Assembly: GCF_009914755.1 (NCBI RefSeq) | Contig: NC_060934.1 | From: the human T2T-CHM13v2.0 reference genome, Homo sapiens | Strand: one strand, 5' to 3' | Length of the DNA stretch: 64,000 bases | Part shown: positions 16,521-32,484 of the stretch, piece by piece | Numbering within the stretch: position 1 is the first letter of the stretch | Layout: each line of letters begins with the position of its first letter | The notes under the pieces: generated by a model | What the model was told of the DNA's origin: nothing | Database searches by the model: none | The model's input: only the letters and a program-made list of their open reading frames with translations | Position numbers and translations under genes: made by a program

Positions 16521-18464
16521 TTTGATTGCAGCACTAAAAAAAGAAAAGACTGTCTGAAATATGATCCTTAAATTTAACAATTTCATCTGTGAATTGAAGG
16601 AGACCACTTTTGAGATTCAAATTAGTAGCCTTGAAATTAAATAGAAGAAATAGCTAAGCCACAGAGCAGCAATTCAGAGGCAATGCAGTTTCATGCTACA
16701 GCATGAGAAGGCTGTCCCACTGCACCCTGGGAACCCAGGCATTCTCAAGGGCTCTGCCCACAGTCCATGAAGCAACTTCCAAGACAATACCCTCAGGAAT
16801 TGTACTGATGCATTAATTAAACGAATGATTATGTCCTTGGAGATGTGAAATGATATTAAAGAGATGAATAATGTCACCCTTGTAGGTTATAATCAGTATG
16901 ATAAATGATTTGGGTTTCAAAACACATGGCAGAGAAAACGATTATGGCTCATTGCCCTGACACCATCGGCTGTTGGTCAGTTCTGGTTCTTACGAGGGGC
17001 TGTTGGGCTACTGCACATTGGCTATGATCCATGAACATCTGATTTATCTTTCCCTTTGAATAAGAATGAAGATACTATAAGTCGTTTATGCCATTTCTTG
17101 AAGTTATCCGGTGTGGGCTCTCCAACACTGACTTTCATGGAAAGTCAAAACAGTGAGCTCACCGCGGACAAACAGAAAAGGTACAGGCATTCCATCTGCT
17201 GGAGTCCCACCTCCGAGGAACTTTGAGCAGCTCTGATGATTTGCTGTTAGGATTAGGATTTGCAGCATTAGAATCCTTTTAGAAATGGGGAGTGGGGCCC
17301 CGGATGAAAGTAGAACTACGACTGGTTTGGCTCCTGATTGAATGAAGTTCAATCATTTCCATAACGTAGCTGCTTTTGTTGGGGTATTTTGGACTATTCA
17401 CACAAATGCTGTGGATTATTCCTGCATTGCTGGACCTGAACATAACCAGGAACCAGTCATTAGATGTAACTGATGATCCTCATGACATCAGACAATAGCC
17501 ATCAGAAGAGTCATGGCAACGACCCATAAGCCTTAAAGAGAAAACTGCTAAAAGTAGGCATCTCTTAAAACTGTCATTCTCAAAAGATAGGGATTTCCAT
17601 GATCCTTAAGAACTGAAATTATTTCTGTAATATTATCAAGTTGTGATTTGCCTTTGCCATGGAGTTACCATTTGCACAGATGGGTGCGGAAGTCATGATG
17701 GGTGAAGCAGCTGGCTCCATAACATGAATGAAGGCAGGGGCGCCCAACTCTGCTATCAGTCATCACACTCTTTAACACAGTATTACTTATACACTTAAAC
17801 AACAATGTTCCTGAGGAAGCCAGGAAAAGTGTTTTATTATATAGCTACCATTGAGTACCCTTCATTTTAATACCCTGCATAACAAAATGGGAAACTCACA
17901 TTAGCTGTGATGCGTTGGCTGTGTTGAAAATCATTTGTACAATTGTTACTCATTGTAGTTGCAAATCTAACTAGCCACTGTTTTCATGAAACACCACTTT
18001 AACTTGAAAGAAATACTAACAAACTATGGTTTCTCAGGCATGAGTATTTGGCAGACATTTTTTCATGATGAACACAATGAGCCTGTCACTTTAAGGAAAA
18101 CAACTGATAATATGGGTTATCAATGATCAAATTTGAATTTTAAATTAGAATTTTGAGAACTTCTGCGTGCCTCCTTTATCCTGACAGATTCTCAATAATT
18201 AGGGACTTTTCTGACGAGTTCAGTGGTAATATCAATGAATTCTTTTCATATTGTAAAATAAAATGTACCAATATTTAGAAGATGGGTATAACTCAAAGAA
18301 TCAATATTTTCCAAATAACCAGTGCAGGATGTTATAAAATCATACATGGATAAAAGATCCATCCAAAGTATTAGATCCATCAATGAATTTTAAGGTAACA
18401 AAGTCAGAGTTTACTCATACGGTTTCATATTCACCTCATAACTTTTAAGAAAGTATTACATGTC

Positions 18465-19120
<656 letters not shown>

Positions 19121-19609
19121 TCCACTCGTTTTGGTGTAGTATCAAGGAACAATATCCACAATTATCTGAAAAAGCTATTAAACTATTTCTCCTTTTCCAG
19201 CTACATACCTGAGTGATGTCTGATTTTCTTCATATATTTCAATCCAGACAGCACATCACAATGGATTATATGCAGAAGCAGATATGAAATCCAGCTGTTT
19301 TCATTAATCCAGACATCACAGAGATGTGTAGAAATGTAAAACAATGCCAGGCTTCTCATACTGTTTTTGTTAGAAAATTATAGTTATTTTTTAATAAAAA
19401 TAATCCTATTTATGTCAACATTTAATGGATTTACTATTGTTATTTTAAATGAGTCAACAAACTAATACTTCGATTTTTCCCCAGTTTTAATTTGTAGTTC
19501 AGCACATATGGGTAGAGGCAGCCTATGTAAACAAAAACTCTTCGGGGCCTCCAATAATTTTAAAGAGTATATAGGAGTTCTGACCAAAAACTTAGAAACC
19601 CACTGGCTT

Positions 19610-20090
<481 letters not shown>

Positions 20091-20099
20091 TTTCTCAGT

Positions 20100-20500
20100 C
20101 CCTGTTTGTTGAGTATCTAATTGCCAGTGCTTATCTATCAACAGGTACTGGGGAAACAAAGCAAAACAGACAAATTGCGGTGCTCAGGTTCTGCCAAGGG
20201 CAGCAGACAGTGAACCACATGAAGAAGTAAGTTGGCAAGGGTGCATGATGGGGTTGAGCATTGTGGGAGAAGAGGGACAGGAGGGCCTTAGGAGCAGTGG
20301 CTTAGAGCAGGGAGAAGGAGCCTGTGAATGACACAATAGGAGGCAAGGGAGCCAGCCAGATGCTGCACGGGATGCCAGTGATGGCCCACGTGGCTCTGCA
20401 TGGGCAGGGGGACTGTGGGTTTGTTCTGAGAGAGCTGTGAGGCATGGGAGATGCTGAGCAAGGGTGTGATGTGATCTGACTCCCAGTGTAATGAGATCAG
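20100..20500 (-). mobile_element. L2 LINE fragment
   Basis: TGTTTGTTGAGTATCT... and GAGCAAGGGTGTGATGTGATCTGAC match antisense L2. Confidence 0.65.
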
Positions 20501-20689
20501 GAGGATATGCATCTCCCCAGAATTGTTCTTCTTGCCTGGGTAGACCTATTAAGGCCGCTCACATTGGACCTGTACCTGGAGCCTTCCCAGGAGCCTCCAG
20601 GCAGAACACATCACCCCTCTGTCAGCTCCTCCAGGGGCCCTCAGGATCATGAGTGTCTGGGTTAGCTGTGTATCCCTGTGCCCTTGGAC

Positions 20690-21115
20690 CCCTGTTCTCT
20701 GGTGGACCCCTCTCCATCTCTCTAGATCCACTTCATCCTTCACAGGCTGACCTGCATGGACCATGTCCACAGGGCTCCCTGGCCTCTGGCTTCTAGGGGG
20801 TTCACCCAAGGGGACCACAGTAGAATATAGGATGAAGGGCAGTTGGGGTGTTTAATCCCCTGGCTCTGCCTGGTGGGCCCTTTATGGGCTGGCTCAGTCC
20901 AATTCCTACAGGCAACTCCTCCTGACCCTCTACCGTCTATAACCTGGCCTCCCCTGTCCACCTCCAGCAGGACTGCAAAGGGCTCAGACAGGAGCCCCAG
21001 GGCTCTGCAGTTTTCCCTGCCCACATCTCATAAATGGTTCCATTTGCAAATTCTCCTAAAACTACCTAATTGGAGTGTGTTCTCTGTCTCCTTCCAGGCC
21101 TCCAACTAATGGACT
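20690..21115 (+). mobile_element. LTR33-family (ERVL) solo LTR
   Basis: AGATCCACT...AGGCTGACCTGCATGGAC...GGGCTCCCTGGCCTCTGGCTTC and 3' CCCTGCCCACA...TTGGAGTGTG. Confidence 0.7.
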
Positions 21116-21529
21116 ACCATAGATCCAATGCCTCAGATGCAGATAACACTCTGGGAAGGCAGACACCACCTCTCTCCTGCACTCTGCCATTCTCCAGGAT
21201 TGGGAAGGATTCTGGGCACACAGTAGGCATTTATTAAATATTCATTGGATGAATAAATGATAAATGAATATTCATTATCATTCTCTCCACATATTAAATC
21301 AAATGCTTCAAAACACTTTAGAATGGAAATTAATTGCCCCCCTTAGTCATTATTTTTATCTATAGCTATCATCAAACCTTCACCCACTCAGAGTTAATAA
21401 TTGAAAAACAGACACATAACAAGTTAGCAGAGAGGAGAGCTCAAATGAAGCCCCATCTGAAAACCTCACCTACAGGCCACACTCCCCAGACACAACTTCT
21501 TGTAACTGGAGGTGGGGTGGGAGTCTCTA

Positions 21530-22265
21530 TATTCTATTTTTCTTTCTTTTTTTGTCTTTTATTTATGTTTTTTGACATAATAGTTTGATTGAGATGTACT
21601 TGTTATGCAACACAATTCACCCATTTGAAGTGTATAAATCAATGGTTTTTAAGTATATTCTCGGAGTTGTTAAACCATCACTACTACCTAGTTTTAGAAC
21701 ATTTTCATCACCCCAGAAAGAAATCCTGTACCCAATGGCAGCCACTCCCTCCCTATCCCCCTCAGCCACCTTACTGTAAGCCAACACTCATCTACTTTCT
21801 GGCTCTATGGGTTTCCCTATTCTGGACATTTCGTATAAATGGATTACAAAATGTATTGTCCCTAGTGTCGGACTTCTTTCCTTCCCTTAGCATAATGTAC
21901 TCAAGATTCATCCATGTAGTAATATGTGCCAGGACTTCATTCCTTTTTATTGCCGGATAATATTCTGTTGTATAGATGGACCACATTTTATTGATCCGTT
22001 TATCAGTTGATGGACATTTGAGCTGTTCCCATTTTTTGGCTATTAGGAGTAATGCTGCTATTTGGAACATTTGTGTACAAGTTTTATGTGAACATATGTT
22101 TTTGTTTCTCTTGGATGGAGTTGCCAGGTCATATGGTAATTCTACATTTAACCTTTGGAGGAGCTGCCAGATTATTTTCCAAGGCAGCTGCACTATTTTA
22201 CATTTCCACCAGCAGTGTATGAGGATTTTAACTTCTTCAAACTCTTGTCAGCAAATATTATTATT
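21530..22265 (-). mobile_element. Old L1 (L1MB7/8 to ME1-like) 3' fragment
   Basis: Minus-strand ORF 21792-22193 is an ORF2 C-terminal remnant (KMWSIYTTEYYPAIKRNE); 3'UTR CAATTCACCCATTTGAAGTGTA. Confidence 0.9.
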
Positions 22266-22511
22266 ATTAAATTTTGGTTCCACACTCATTCTTAAATTTC
22301 CCAGAAGAGGGGATTTTTGTTGCAGGTGGCTTCTATCTAAACTCCTTATTGCAGTGGCCAGAGATTTAAGGTGCTCTTGAACTGCTTCCTCAGCCTCTCA
22401 CCATTTCTGGGGTTCTCTCTGGGCTCCAAGGGTACACAGTAGTTGGGTCCCAAGTGGTGCATAGAGAGTACAAACAAATTCACAATGGCACAAATCCCAC
22501 ATGCTCTAGAC

Positions 22512-23041
<530 letters not shown>

Positions 23042-23820
23042 AAAGGAGGAAAGATAAAAGGCCCTACACGTGGCCACCCTGTGAGAGACGCTAATCAGAG
23101 TGGCTTTGTCTCCAGACCCCCTCCGCTGAGGTACCCCATCACCCATGGCCCATTTTGCCAGCCATCTGAAGAGGTTTGGAATTCTTAGGGATGCCAGATA
23201 AAAGGGTGTCTTTTTTATGTAGAAAAGCACAAAGTTAGGCCTCAAGCTCTCTCAGGTGGACTATCGTGTTTTCCAATCAGTTCAAGAACATGTAAGCTAT
23301 GATTTCCACTCCTCGGGGTTCAACTACCCAAACCTGGATGTCTCAGATGAGAAATATTAAATATCTAAAATGGTCTATTTCTGAAAACTCTTCTGTGAAG
23401 GATTGCCAACATTTACGTGTTTCTAAAAAAAGAAGTTGCTGCATATGAGCTGTTAAAAATTAGCGGCCAATTAATACTTTTCAGCTTCCAGCCTGTTAGA
23501 AATGTTATGCAAGTCATTTATAGGAAAAATGCTCGCCCTCGCAGCTCCAACGGCATGTTACATACTAAAGCAGAGTTGGTCTTGAATTCTGGGGGCTGAT
23601 GTCTCGTGAGGCATTCAAATGTTGGATTTTACGCACCTTTGAATATAATTATTATTAATATTCAAGCAGTATATTCATTTATACCTTGAAAGGGAGGCAA
23701 ATACCTCTTACAATTTGTATATGATATTAAAGGGCTCTAGACTTATCTCTAAAATTACAATACTGTATTTTGCCACAAGTTAAATGGTATTCAAAGACCA
23801 AAGCTACAGGTGACCATTTT

Positions 23821-24174
<354 letters not shown>

Positions 24175-25486
24175 TGATGCAAAACTGTGCAATTACCAAT
24201 TCAAATCTGAAAAACTATATGAAGAAACTGAAAAGCCAAGTCCTCCCCAGAGCCTTTATCCCTCTTCAATCACTGCAGACAAACAAGTGCTTGCTAGGTC
24301 TTGTTTTAAAGATGCAACCAGTAACTTCTCAATTAGAATAAATCAAATTCACAAGCACGTGACCTTCAGGTAAAGACTGAAGGGCGAGGGAAACCCTTCC
24401 CTCTGGATTTGAGCCTCTGGCTTATGCATGAGCCAAGGCTTTCAATGTTTCACATCTGAACAGAAACTGCGATAATCTGGAAGAAGTGGCTGGTTGTGAT
24501 GACCTGACCCTCACCCCATGCTTAGGAAATGGGGATAGCCACCCAGTCCTCTTCCAAAGGAGTCCAGAAAACTGAGGCTCCATGAATCTGATGCCACTCC
24601 CCTTCCTTAAAGGCCTGTTACATTCCTCATGGATAATATGGGTGGGTTACATGTCCTCATCACACTTCTCATCTCCTTGCGTAGTGGGTCCCCAAAACAG
24701 CAACAGGATATCAGGAAAAGTTAATGTGATTTTCAAGGTGGTTCAAGGGTGAGAACAATCTGAGGTCTTTCAGGGACAGAGTGAAACCTTAAAGGTCATT
24801 GCACTGAGCCCCTAGGACTCCCCCTGCCCACTTTCCCAAGGAAGTAAAGTCTTATCCTCACTTTACAGAGAAAACCACAGAAATCAAATGACTCACTCAA
24901 GGTCATCGGGGTTAGAAAGGAATCACAATGTCTAGTCACCATTAAGGGAATAAAAACATTCAAAGGGAATAAAAATGTGATAAATACTCTACAGACTATT
25001 CCAAGGTCAAGAACAGCCTTCAGTGGATTCAGGGTTAGAGAAAAGCATTAAAAAAAGCCTATGGCAACATGTATCACCTTCTGCTCAATCCTGAAGCTAC
25101 ACAAATTCAGATGATCTCTGCCCTTCCCCTGCCTGTGGATTGAGGTGCCATGTGGGGGTGGATGTGGGCCACTGGGGATCTAGTTGAGGAGACCAGTTCT
25201 ACCATGCTTAAGGTGGTTCCCAGTCCAGGGGAAATCCTCCTCCATTTATTTCTGCTATGCTTAGCTCAGCCTTTCAACGCTAGGGAAGGTTCATCAAACT
25301 CGAAGAACAGCAGTGAATAGAGAGGGGCGTTGCTCGATGACTCCAAAGGACATCATCCCTTGAGAAGGCATGACACAGAGTATTAGCTTCTGTTCAATAA
25401 ATTTACATATTTGGATAACATGGGAGATTATCTGTGAAATATAGCAGTAGAAATACTCTTTTCTCTATGCCGCTATTGGGTTCAGT

Positions 25487-25937
25487 TGTATATCAACTAG
25501 GACTTACAGCATAACAAAGTTCTTCAAGACTCTGTGCTGAAATGACATAAGTTTATTATTTCTCATCATTTTGTACGTTAGCTGGCTGCTGCTTCTGTTC
25601 TGGCTGGCTTGACTGAGGCTAGATGGTTCCAGGTGGCCTTGCTTCCATGCCTGGGTCCTCGGCTGGGATGCTGGAGCTCTCTTAGTGTTTTCTCATCCTC
25701 CACGGAGGCTGGGCTGAGGTTATTCAGATGGAGGCTCAAAGGTTTCCAGAAATTAGAGAGGATGCGCCCTACCTCACCAAACCTGTCAAGCCTCTGCCTG
25801 CATCCTATTTGTTAAGATCCTTTTGCCTAAAGCAAGTCACATGACCCAGTCCAGGGTCAGCGGGGAGGAACTACCCAAGGGTGTGGCTACAGAGATGCAT
25901 AATTCATTGGAGGCCACTTCTACAAAGACCTACCCCA
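25487..25937 (-). mobile_element. MLT1 (MLT1H-like) MaLR solo LTR
   Basis: GCATAACAAA...TTTATTATTTCTCAT...AAAGCAAGTCACATGACC...CAAGGGTGTGG. Confidence 0.8.
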
Positions 25938-28729
25938 AGTTATCCCAGATGTGAGGTCTTGGATACCCAAAACCAGCAAAGGACATCTCTTCTGTTGAAT
26001 GGGATATAGAGAACACTGAATAGGTATCTTACACCAAGTTATTTTACTTGTTAGTAATATTTCATAATATGACTTCAGTAGCCATTATCTATGAAAAAAA
26101 GATGCCTTTGAAGCAAGGCTATAAAAATACAAAATCTTAACACAATGATCACATTCAACTCATACTTTTAATTTTCTTATATTTTATTCTCTAATCAAAT
26201 GGTTATGTTTTACCCCCCTAAGCTTTCTTTCAGTTATTCAGCAAACATCTTTTTTTCAGTAGTTACGACGTGTAAGGCATTGTAGGGACCAAAAATGAGT
26301 AAGAGATGCCATCTCTACCTGACTAGGAGGGATAACACCTATGCTCAGATCATGGTCATACTCACCATAAGAGATGGGGAAAGGCATTATGGGAGTAGAG
26401 AGACACAGAAAAGTCCAAACGGGCTCAAGATCAGGCTGTGTATATATCCTATGATCCCTCACTGTAGTAGCTTCATGGGCTCCCCAAACAGTTTCCATCT
26501 ATTTCCAATTTGGCCACTTACTGGAGCCTTCCCATCAGGCCACCATCACCTTCACTGGTGTCCAAGGTCTAGGGGATTTGTGAGTGGCTTGTACTATTAA
26601 CCATGTGCGTGTCCCCTGCAATGGCTAGAAGTGGAGCTGAGAACTGCCTTGAGGCACAAATGCGCATCATTTCTGCTGGACCATTGACCAGAGATACACA
26701 GGCCCCCCACCACCCAAGACCCCAGCACTTCTTGTTGGAGTAGGATCTCTTAATTCCGAGAGTGTGAGTCTTATCTGTTCTAGGTGTGGAATAAACTGGT
26801 TCTGCAAATGTGCCTCCACATCCATCTGCCTCGTATTTATTGAACATAATAATCAAGAGTGTACTACCATCTATGCTTCCCTCTCTGCAGTGGCCCTCTT
26901 CCGACAAGCAATGGGTGAGTCATGTCTAGCTGTCCTAGGAGAAAGGTTTTCAGGGCTCACCGGAGGATTTGATGAGCATAAAGGTAGAAGGTAAGAGAGA
27001 AGTACGGCAATTAATTATTCAAAATATGATTCTCCCTACCCCATTGAATCTTCCAGAGAGCATTGCTACCAAATAGCTCCAGTTGACACTTGTTTGTTTC
27101 AGCAGGAGGTGGAATGTGAGCTGGGCCTGGGGAAGATTTCGAGAGTCAGAGACGCCTAATAGATGCTGACACGGGCACAGAGGAAAGCCATGAGACATGA
27201 GCAGCTTGGTCAGCAACATGGTGGCTCTTTGTCTACTAACTTAACTCTGGAGGTCAGAGGCAGGGCTTTTGGCTATTTGAGCTTCATCTTTCTGGTCTAT
27301 ACAATCCATCTCCTTAATTAATGGCCATTCACCATTAAAGCCAAGCTTGTGGCAATTCATGCCACTTGAAGAGCACAATCTTTTAATCTTTGCTCTTTGC
27401 TTGTCTCCTCCTAACTGAATCTCAGGCAGGAAGAAAAATAACAGTAAGTCTTCCCTCTGGGATCCCATGACCTTCAGTGCCCCAGCAAAGTAGGTCCGCA
27501 ACATTGATATGTGACCTGCCTTCCTGCTTCCCACACCTCCCCTTCTAACCAGGGCTATGTTATCTAAGTTGAAAGACAACGGGAGACAAAAATTCCTGGA
27601 CTGTGTTTCTGCCAAATCTCTCGGACATCATTTGCAGTCAGGAAATGAAACTGACTTAATTCCTACCTAGACAAAATTCTTCCTGTTTCTCATAACACAA
27701 AGAGAAGCAGAGCAAAAACACATTGGGAATAATTAAATATACACATTTCTCTGTGTGGCGGGGTGAATTTTCTTTGCTTTTTCTTTAGCTTTCCCAAACT
27801 ACTGTACCCACTCACATCCCACCCCAACAGAGAAAACATTTTAGGAGTTTGGTCCAATTTGGTCTCCAACCAGAGCAGGATAAGAGCAGAGCTTGATCTC
27901 CAGTTTTCTCCCCAGGAGGCCAATGAAAAGAAAGTTCTGCTTGCAGTTTTGGCAAGAATGAACACCACAGCCTGTCATGTGTCCCACAGCAAGATGACAC
28001 CACTGACCTAAATACCTGCTCAGGGATACTGTGCCTTCCCGCTCATAATGACTGGCTTGGATTCTTCCAAACCACTAGGTTGAGCCATTATGGCTTGGGA
28101 TCCTCAGCTTCTCTCACACAGATTCAATCCTCTTAGCAGGTGTACATATCACAGGTGAATGTTCAGTCTTTGGGTGTGGACACACACAGACACAAGGTGC
28201 CCCTCAATTCATTCTCTGCAAGAGCAGCATTCTCCACCACTGTGTCTCATTTGCTGGAATAACTTCCAAGGTCTTTGCTAGGGCAAGGAGCTCTGAAACG
28301 AAAGCCCATGTCCTTGTCTGTGTCCTGGTCTCCTCTCTCAGATCAGATTTGCCAGGCTGATCTGCTACCTCATCCCACAGTTTATCTCTACAGTAAAAAA
28401 AGCATCTCCCATGAGCTCTACCTCTGTCCTACCTTGTGTTTGCCATTATGAGAATAGATTATACAGTCGGAGAGAAAGAGAGAGGGAGAGATCATCAGTC
28501 ACAAGATCCATGAGCAATAAATGTTAACGTATGCCAATTTTTATCGGGAGCTGGCTGTGGGCCATGGCTGATGCTTAATATTTATTGAGTGCCCATAATG
28601 GATGAGGCCCCTTCTGACCCTCTTGTGCAACAAACCCTCAGGAGGGATAGAAAATGCCTTCCTAAGGGAATAGGGCTCCCTCACCATGAGGCTCAGAAGA
28701 GAATCTTCAAGCTGGAAGGAATTTTATTA

Positions 28730-28916
28730 CCATATTTCATCAAATTGAAGGTGCCTTTTGATCTTACAATCTTATATTGATGCACCATTATTTTTTGGAC
28801 CTAAGAAAGAGAGACACTACCATCAACTGTCAAGTGCTATGGCCCGCATGATGCATCTCGATTTCAGAGATGTTAAAATGTGACAAAATGTGCATCTTAG
28901 AGTCAAAAAGATATGC
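28730..28916 (-). mobile_element. TcMar-Tc2 MITE (MER104/Kanga-like)
   Basis: TA-CCATATTTCATC terminus; internal GATGCATCTCGATTTCAGAGATGTTAAAATGTGA...GTGCATCTTAGA. Confidence 0.7.
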
Positions 28917-29488
28917 TGTTTTTATCTGGCTTTGCCCCTGACATTGACATGGAAACTCAACCATTGGTGTAGGACACTGTGTCCTTACTGAACACTCTAA
29001 GACAGGGGCCTCCCGCCTCCCCACATACTGTTATATTTGAAGCATCCTTATTCTCAAGAAGTCCTTCTTTCTGCCTGGCCAAACTCTGTATTACTTTAAT
29101 TTACACTTGCTTGATCTCCCACTTACCTGGAAATAAGCTAAACCTCTTCCTCCTTATTTTAAATAAAATCCTGTAGTTGCTTAAAGACAGTAAGCAAGCA
29201 CTCCAGCCTGTTCTCCTGTAAGTCAAATGACCTCAGTTCCTTTTACTGAAGTATGATTCATATATAGAAAAAAAAACAAATCACAAAGGGATAGCTTGGA
29301 ATTTGTACAAAGTGAGCATATTGAGGAATCACCATGCTGACTTTTAAAAAGTATGAGCCTCTCTTGTGCCTTCCACTCCTCGTTCCCATCCTCAAATTAA
29401 TCATTCTGACTTCACTCAAAACCAGAGCTGCACTTTCCCTGTTTCAAACTGTGTATAAAGGAAAGCATACAGTTTCAAAAGCATACAG

Positions 29489-29667
29489 CATAGAGCCACT
29501 ATTCACAGTAGCAAAGACATGGAATCAACCTAAATGCCCATGAGCGGTAGGCTGGATAAATAAAATGTGGTACATATACACCATGGAATACTATGCAGCC
29601 ATAAAAAAAATGAGATCATGTCTTTTGCAGGGACATGGATGGAGCTGGAAGGCATTATCCTTAGCAA
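29489..29667 (+). mobile_element. Internal L1PA ORF2-end fragment with no 3'UTR or poly-A
   Basis: CACTATTCACAGTAGCAAAGACATGGAATCAACC...GGATGGAGCTGGAAGGCATTATCCTTAGCAA. Confidence 0.9.
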
Positions 29668-30244
29668 GTACAATGGCCATTATCCATTATCCTTATACTT
29701 CTTTGCGCTGGTTTTCTTTACGTAACACCGTGCACACTATCTTGCTGTGTGTGGCAGTGCTTTGTTCCTTTTCACTGTAACAATACATTTATCCATTTCA
29801 CTTTCCATGGACATTTGGCTTGTTTCTCATTAATGCCTATTCAGAATAACTGTCATGGATAGTCTTATGCACGCCCTCCAGGACACATAGGCACGTATTC
29901 CTGTCAGGAATATACACGGGTGTTGAATCACTTGGCATAGAGCATCAGTTCAGCTTCAGCACTGACCGCTCAACAGTTTTCCCAAGTAGTTGCGCCAGTT
30001 CTTACTCCTTCAAGCAATGCATAAGCATGTCAACTGCTTCAAATCTTTATAAACTCTTGACAACGTCTACTTCATTTTACCTTCTGGTGGGTGATAACTC
30101 ATCAAAGTTTTAATTTGCATTTCCTTCATGATTAATGATCTTGAGAACCTTTTCATAAATGTGTTGGTCATCAGATATCCTCCTTAACTAAGAATCTGTT
30201 CAAGTGTTTGGCACTTTTAAAAACTTGGTTGTTTTTTTCTTTTT

Positions 30245-30537
30245 CATTTTTATGTTTTGTTTTTGAGACAGTCTTGCTCTGTCACCGAGTTTGGAGCACA
30301 GTGGTGCAATCAAGGCTCACTACAGCCTCAGCCTCCCAGGCTCAAGTGACCCTCCCAACTCAGCATTCTAAGTAGCTGGAACTACAGGTGCACACCACCA
30401 TGCCTAGCTAATCTTTATATTTTTCTGTAGAGACGGGGTTTTGCCATGTTGCCCAGGCTGGACTCGAGCTCCTGGGATCCGCCCACCTTAGCATCCTTAA
30501 GTGCTAAGATTGCAGGCGTGAACCACTGCACCTAGTC
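30245..30537 (-). mobile_element. AluJ
   Basis: GAGACAGTCTTGCTCTGTCACC...GCTCACTACAGCCTC...GCTCAAGTGA; small internal deletion. Confidence 0.93.
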
Positions 30538-32484
30538 ATTTTTTCTTTTTAATTTTTAGAAATTCCTGATATATTCTGGATGTTGGATACAAATCCTTTG
30601 TTTTATATTAATCAATAATCTATTATCTAATATATATCATAGATATAAATTATCTTCTGACACTCTGTGGCTCACATTTTTATTTTTTTACATGGTGTCT
30701 TTTATGAGCAAGAGTCCTCAATTTTAATTAAAGTTTACAGCAGTTCAAGTCAGCAACATTTTCCTTTATGGTGTCTTATGTTTTTCCCATTCCACAATCA
30801 TGAAAATATTTTTCCATGCCATCTTCTAAAACCTTATTGTTTTAGCTTTTACATTTAAGTCAGTAATCCATCTGCAAGCAAACTTTTATACAAATTTCCA
30901 ACTGAGTCAGGACCATTTTCCCCCTGCGTCATTGCTGTGGCCCCTGTGCCACACACCGGGTGACTACACCTGCAAGTCTGTGGCTGGGCTCTCAAGTCTG
31001 TCCTTATACTAATTCCACACTGTCCTGATTACTCTGGCGTTTTTGGCCTTAATCAATTTTTTAAAATATTAAAATTCACGTTATCAATTGTCACTCATGT
31101 GATTCATCCTTAGGACACAGTCTTGTTTAAAAGAATGTCATTCATTAATGCTAAAGGAATTTCAAAATAATTTGAAACTTTTATTTGTATTTCTTGAACA
31201 TTATTTCTTGGCACCTTCTCCTTTACTCCACTATCTTATTTTCCATCTTAGAAGCCAGAAAAAAATAGAAGACCCTCCTTGGAGGGTGGGAGAGAGGACA
31301 AAAATGTCAACAAATCCAGAATCATTTTTACTGGTCAGTGGGGGCTAGAAAAAAAAAAAAAGCTAGAAAGGTGCACTGCTATTCATTTGTTTTCATTTTG
31401 TTTGGTTTTAAATTTATAGAAGCCATAAAAAAACTTCATAAATTTCAGTAAATGGAAGGGAGGATGATCTATAGTTCCAACTAGCTCAACAACTATGGAT
31501 TTTTGTGTATTTCTGCCTGGTCTTTATTTTATATGCATAGTTTGTCACTGTTTTTTAATTTGACATAAGAATTATAGCATGTTTTATATTACTGCAACCT
31601 CTTCATAACTTCCATTTTAAATGAATGTAATATTTTATTAAGCATATTACCAAAATTTATATAACCTTTTCCCTGCTATTAAACTTTTAGGTTGCTTTTG
31701 ATTTTTCTTAGAATAGATAATACTGCTATGAACATCTTCAAGTATATAGTTGTTTTGCCTCTGTTGAATTCTGTTTTCCCAGTGGACTCTACGACTTTAC
31801 ATAACCACTGGAAATATTCAGTTTCAACATATAAACTTAGATTTTACTTATAAATTGTGAATTAATTTACATTTTAGTGAGGTTGGATATTTCTCAATGT
31901 GTTTCCTAGTTACATCTCCTTTTTGTTCTTTGTACATTGATACAACAAGGTCTTAATATTTTTCTTATCAATTTGTATGACACTTAATGGCAAAAACAGT
32001 CGTTATTTGCTTTTTATTCGAACTTGTGACCCTTCATGTCAGGAACAATGTGGAATTTCTCTTCATATCGTTGGTGGCTGGTAAGTGATTGGCATGCAGT
32101 GTGTGCTCAATCAATTTTTGCTGAGTGGATGGAGTTGTGTTTGTTTCAAGTATTCTTCCCCATATATTCCCACCATCTGTGCTTTGTGCATGGAAAGAAT
32201 TAATAAATGTTGATTGTTTATTATGATAATGATGACATATGGTATATTTATTTTTAGTGGCATCTGCCATGAATAAGAATCCCCAATTTGGTTATTTCAG
32301 TCTGACAATCTTATGGATTGTTTTTTCTGAGGCCGTTCCACTCATTCTTGATATTAATAAAAATTCCTCTGTATGATTAATGTACTATAAATATGGAAAC
32401 TTTAAAGAGAATTCCCCTGACTTTGCTTTAACTCATCAATATGCAGCTATTCATGCTTGACGATTATTTTACATTTCAGCAATA

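Larger units (their letters stand above)
29240..31080 (-). mobile_element. Old L1M (L1MD/ME-like) fragments, interrupted by a sense L1PA piece and an AluJ
   Basis: GGACATTTGGCTTGTTTC and GTTTTAATTTGCATTTCCTTCATGATTAATGAT are antisense L1 ORF2 3' motifs. Confidence 0.75.

Noticed and set aside
16650-17560. Repeat-free complex sequence considered as a processed pseudogene or exon
   Set aside because: No recognisable peptide, poly-A or TSD; at most an unverified conserved non-coding element
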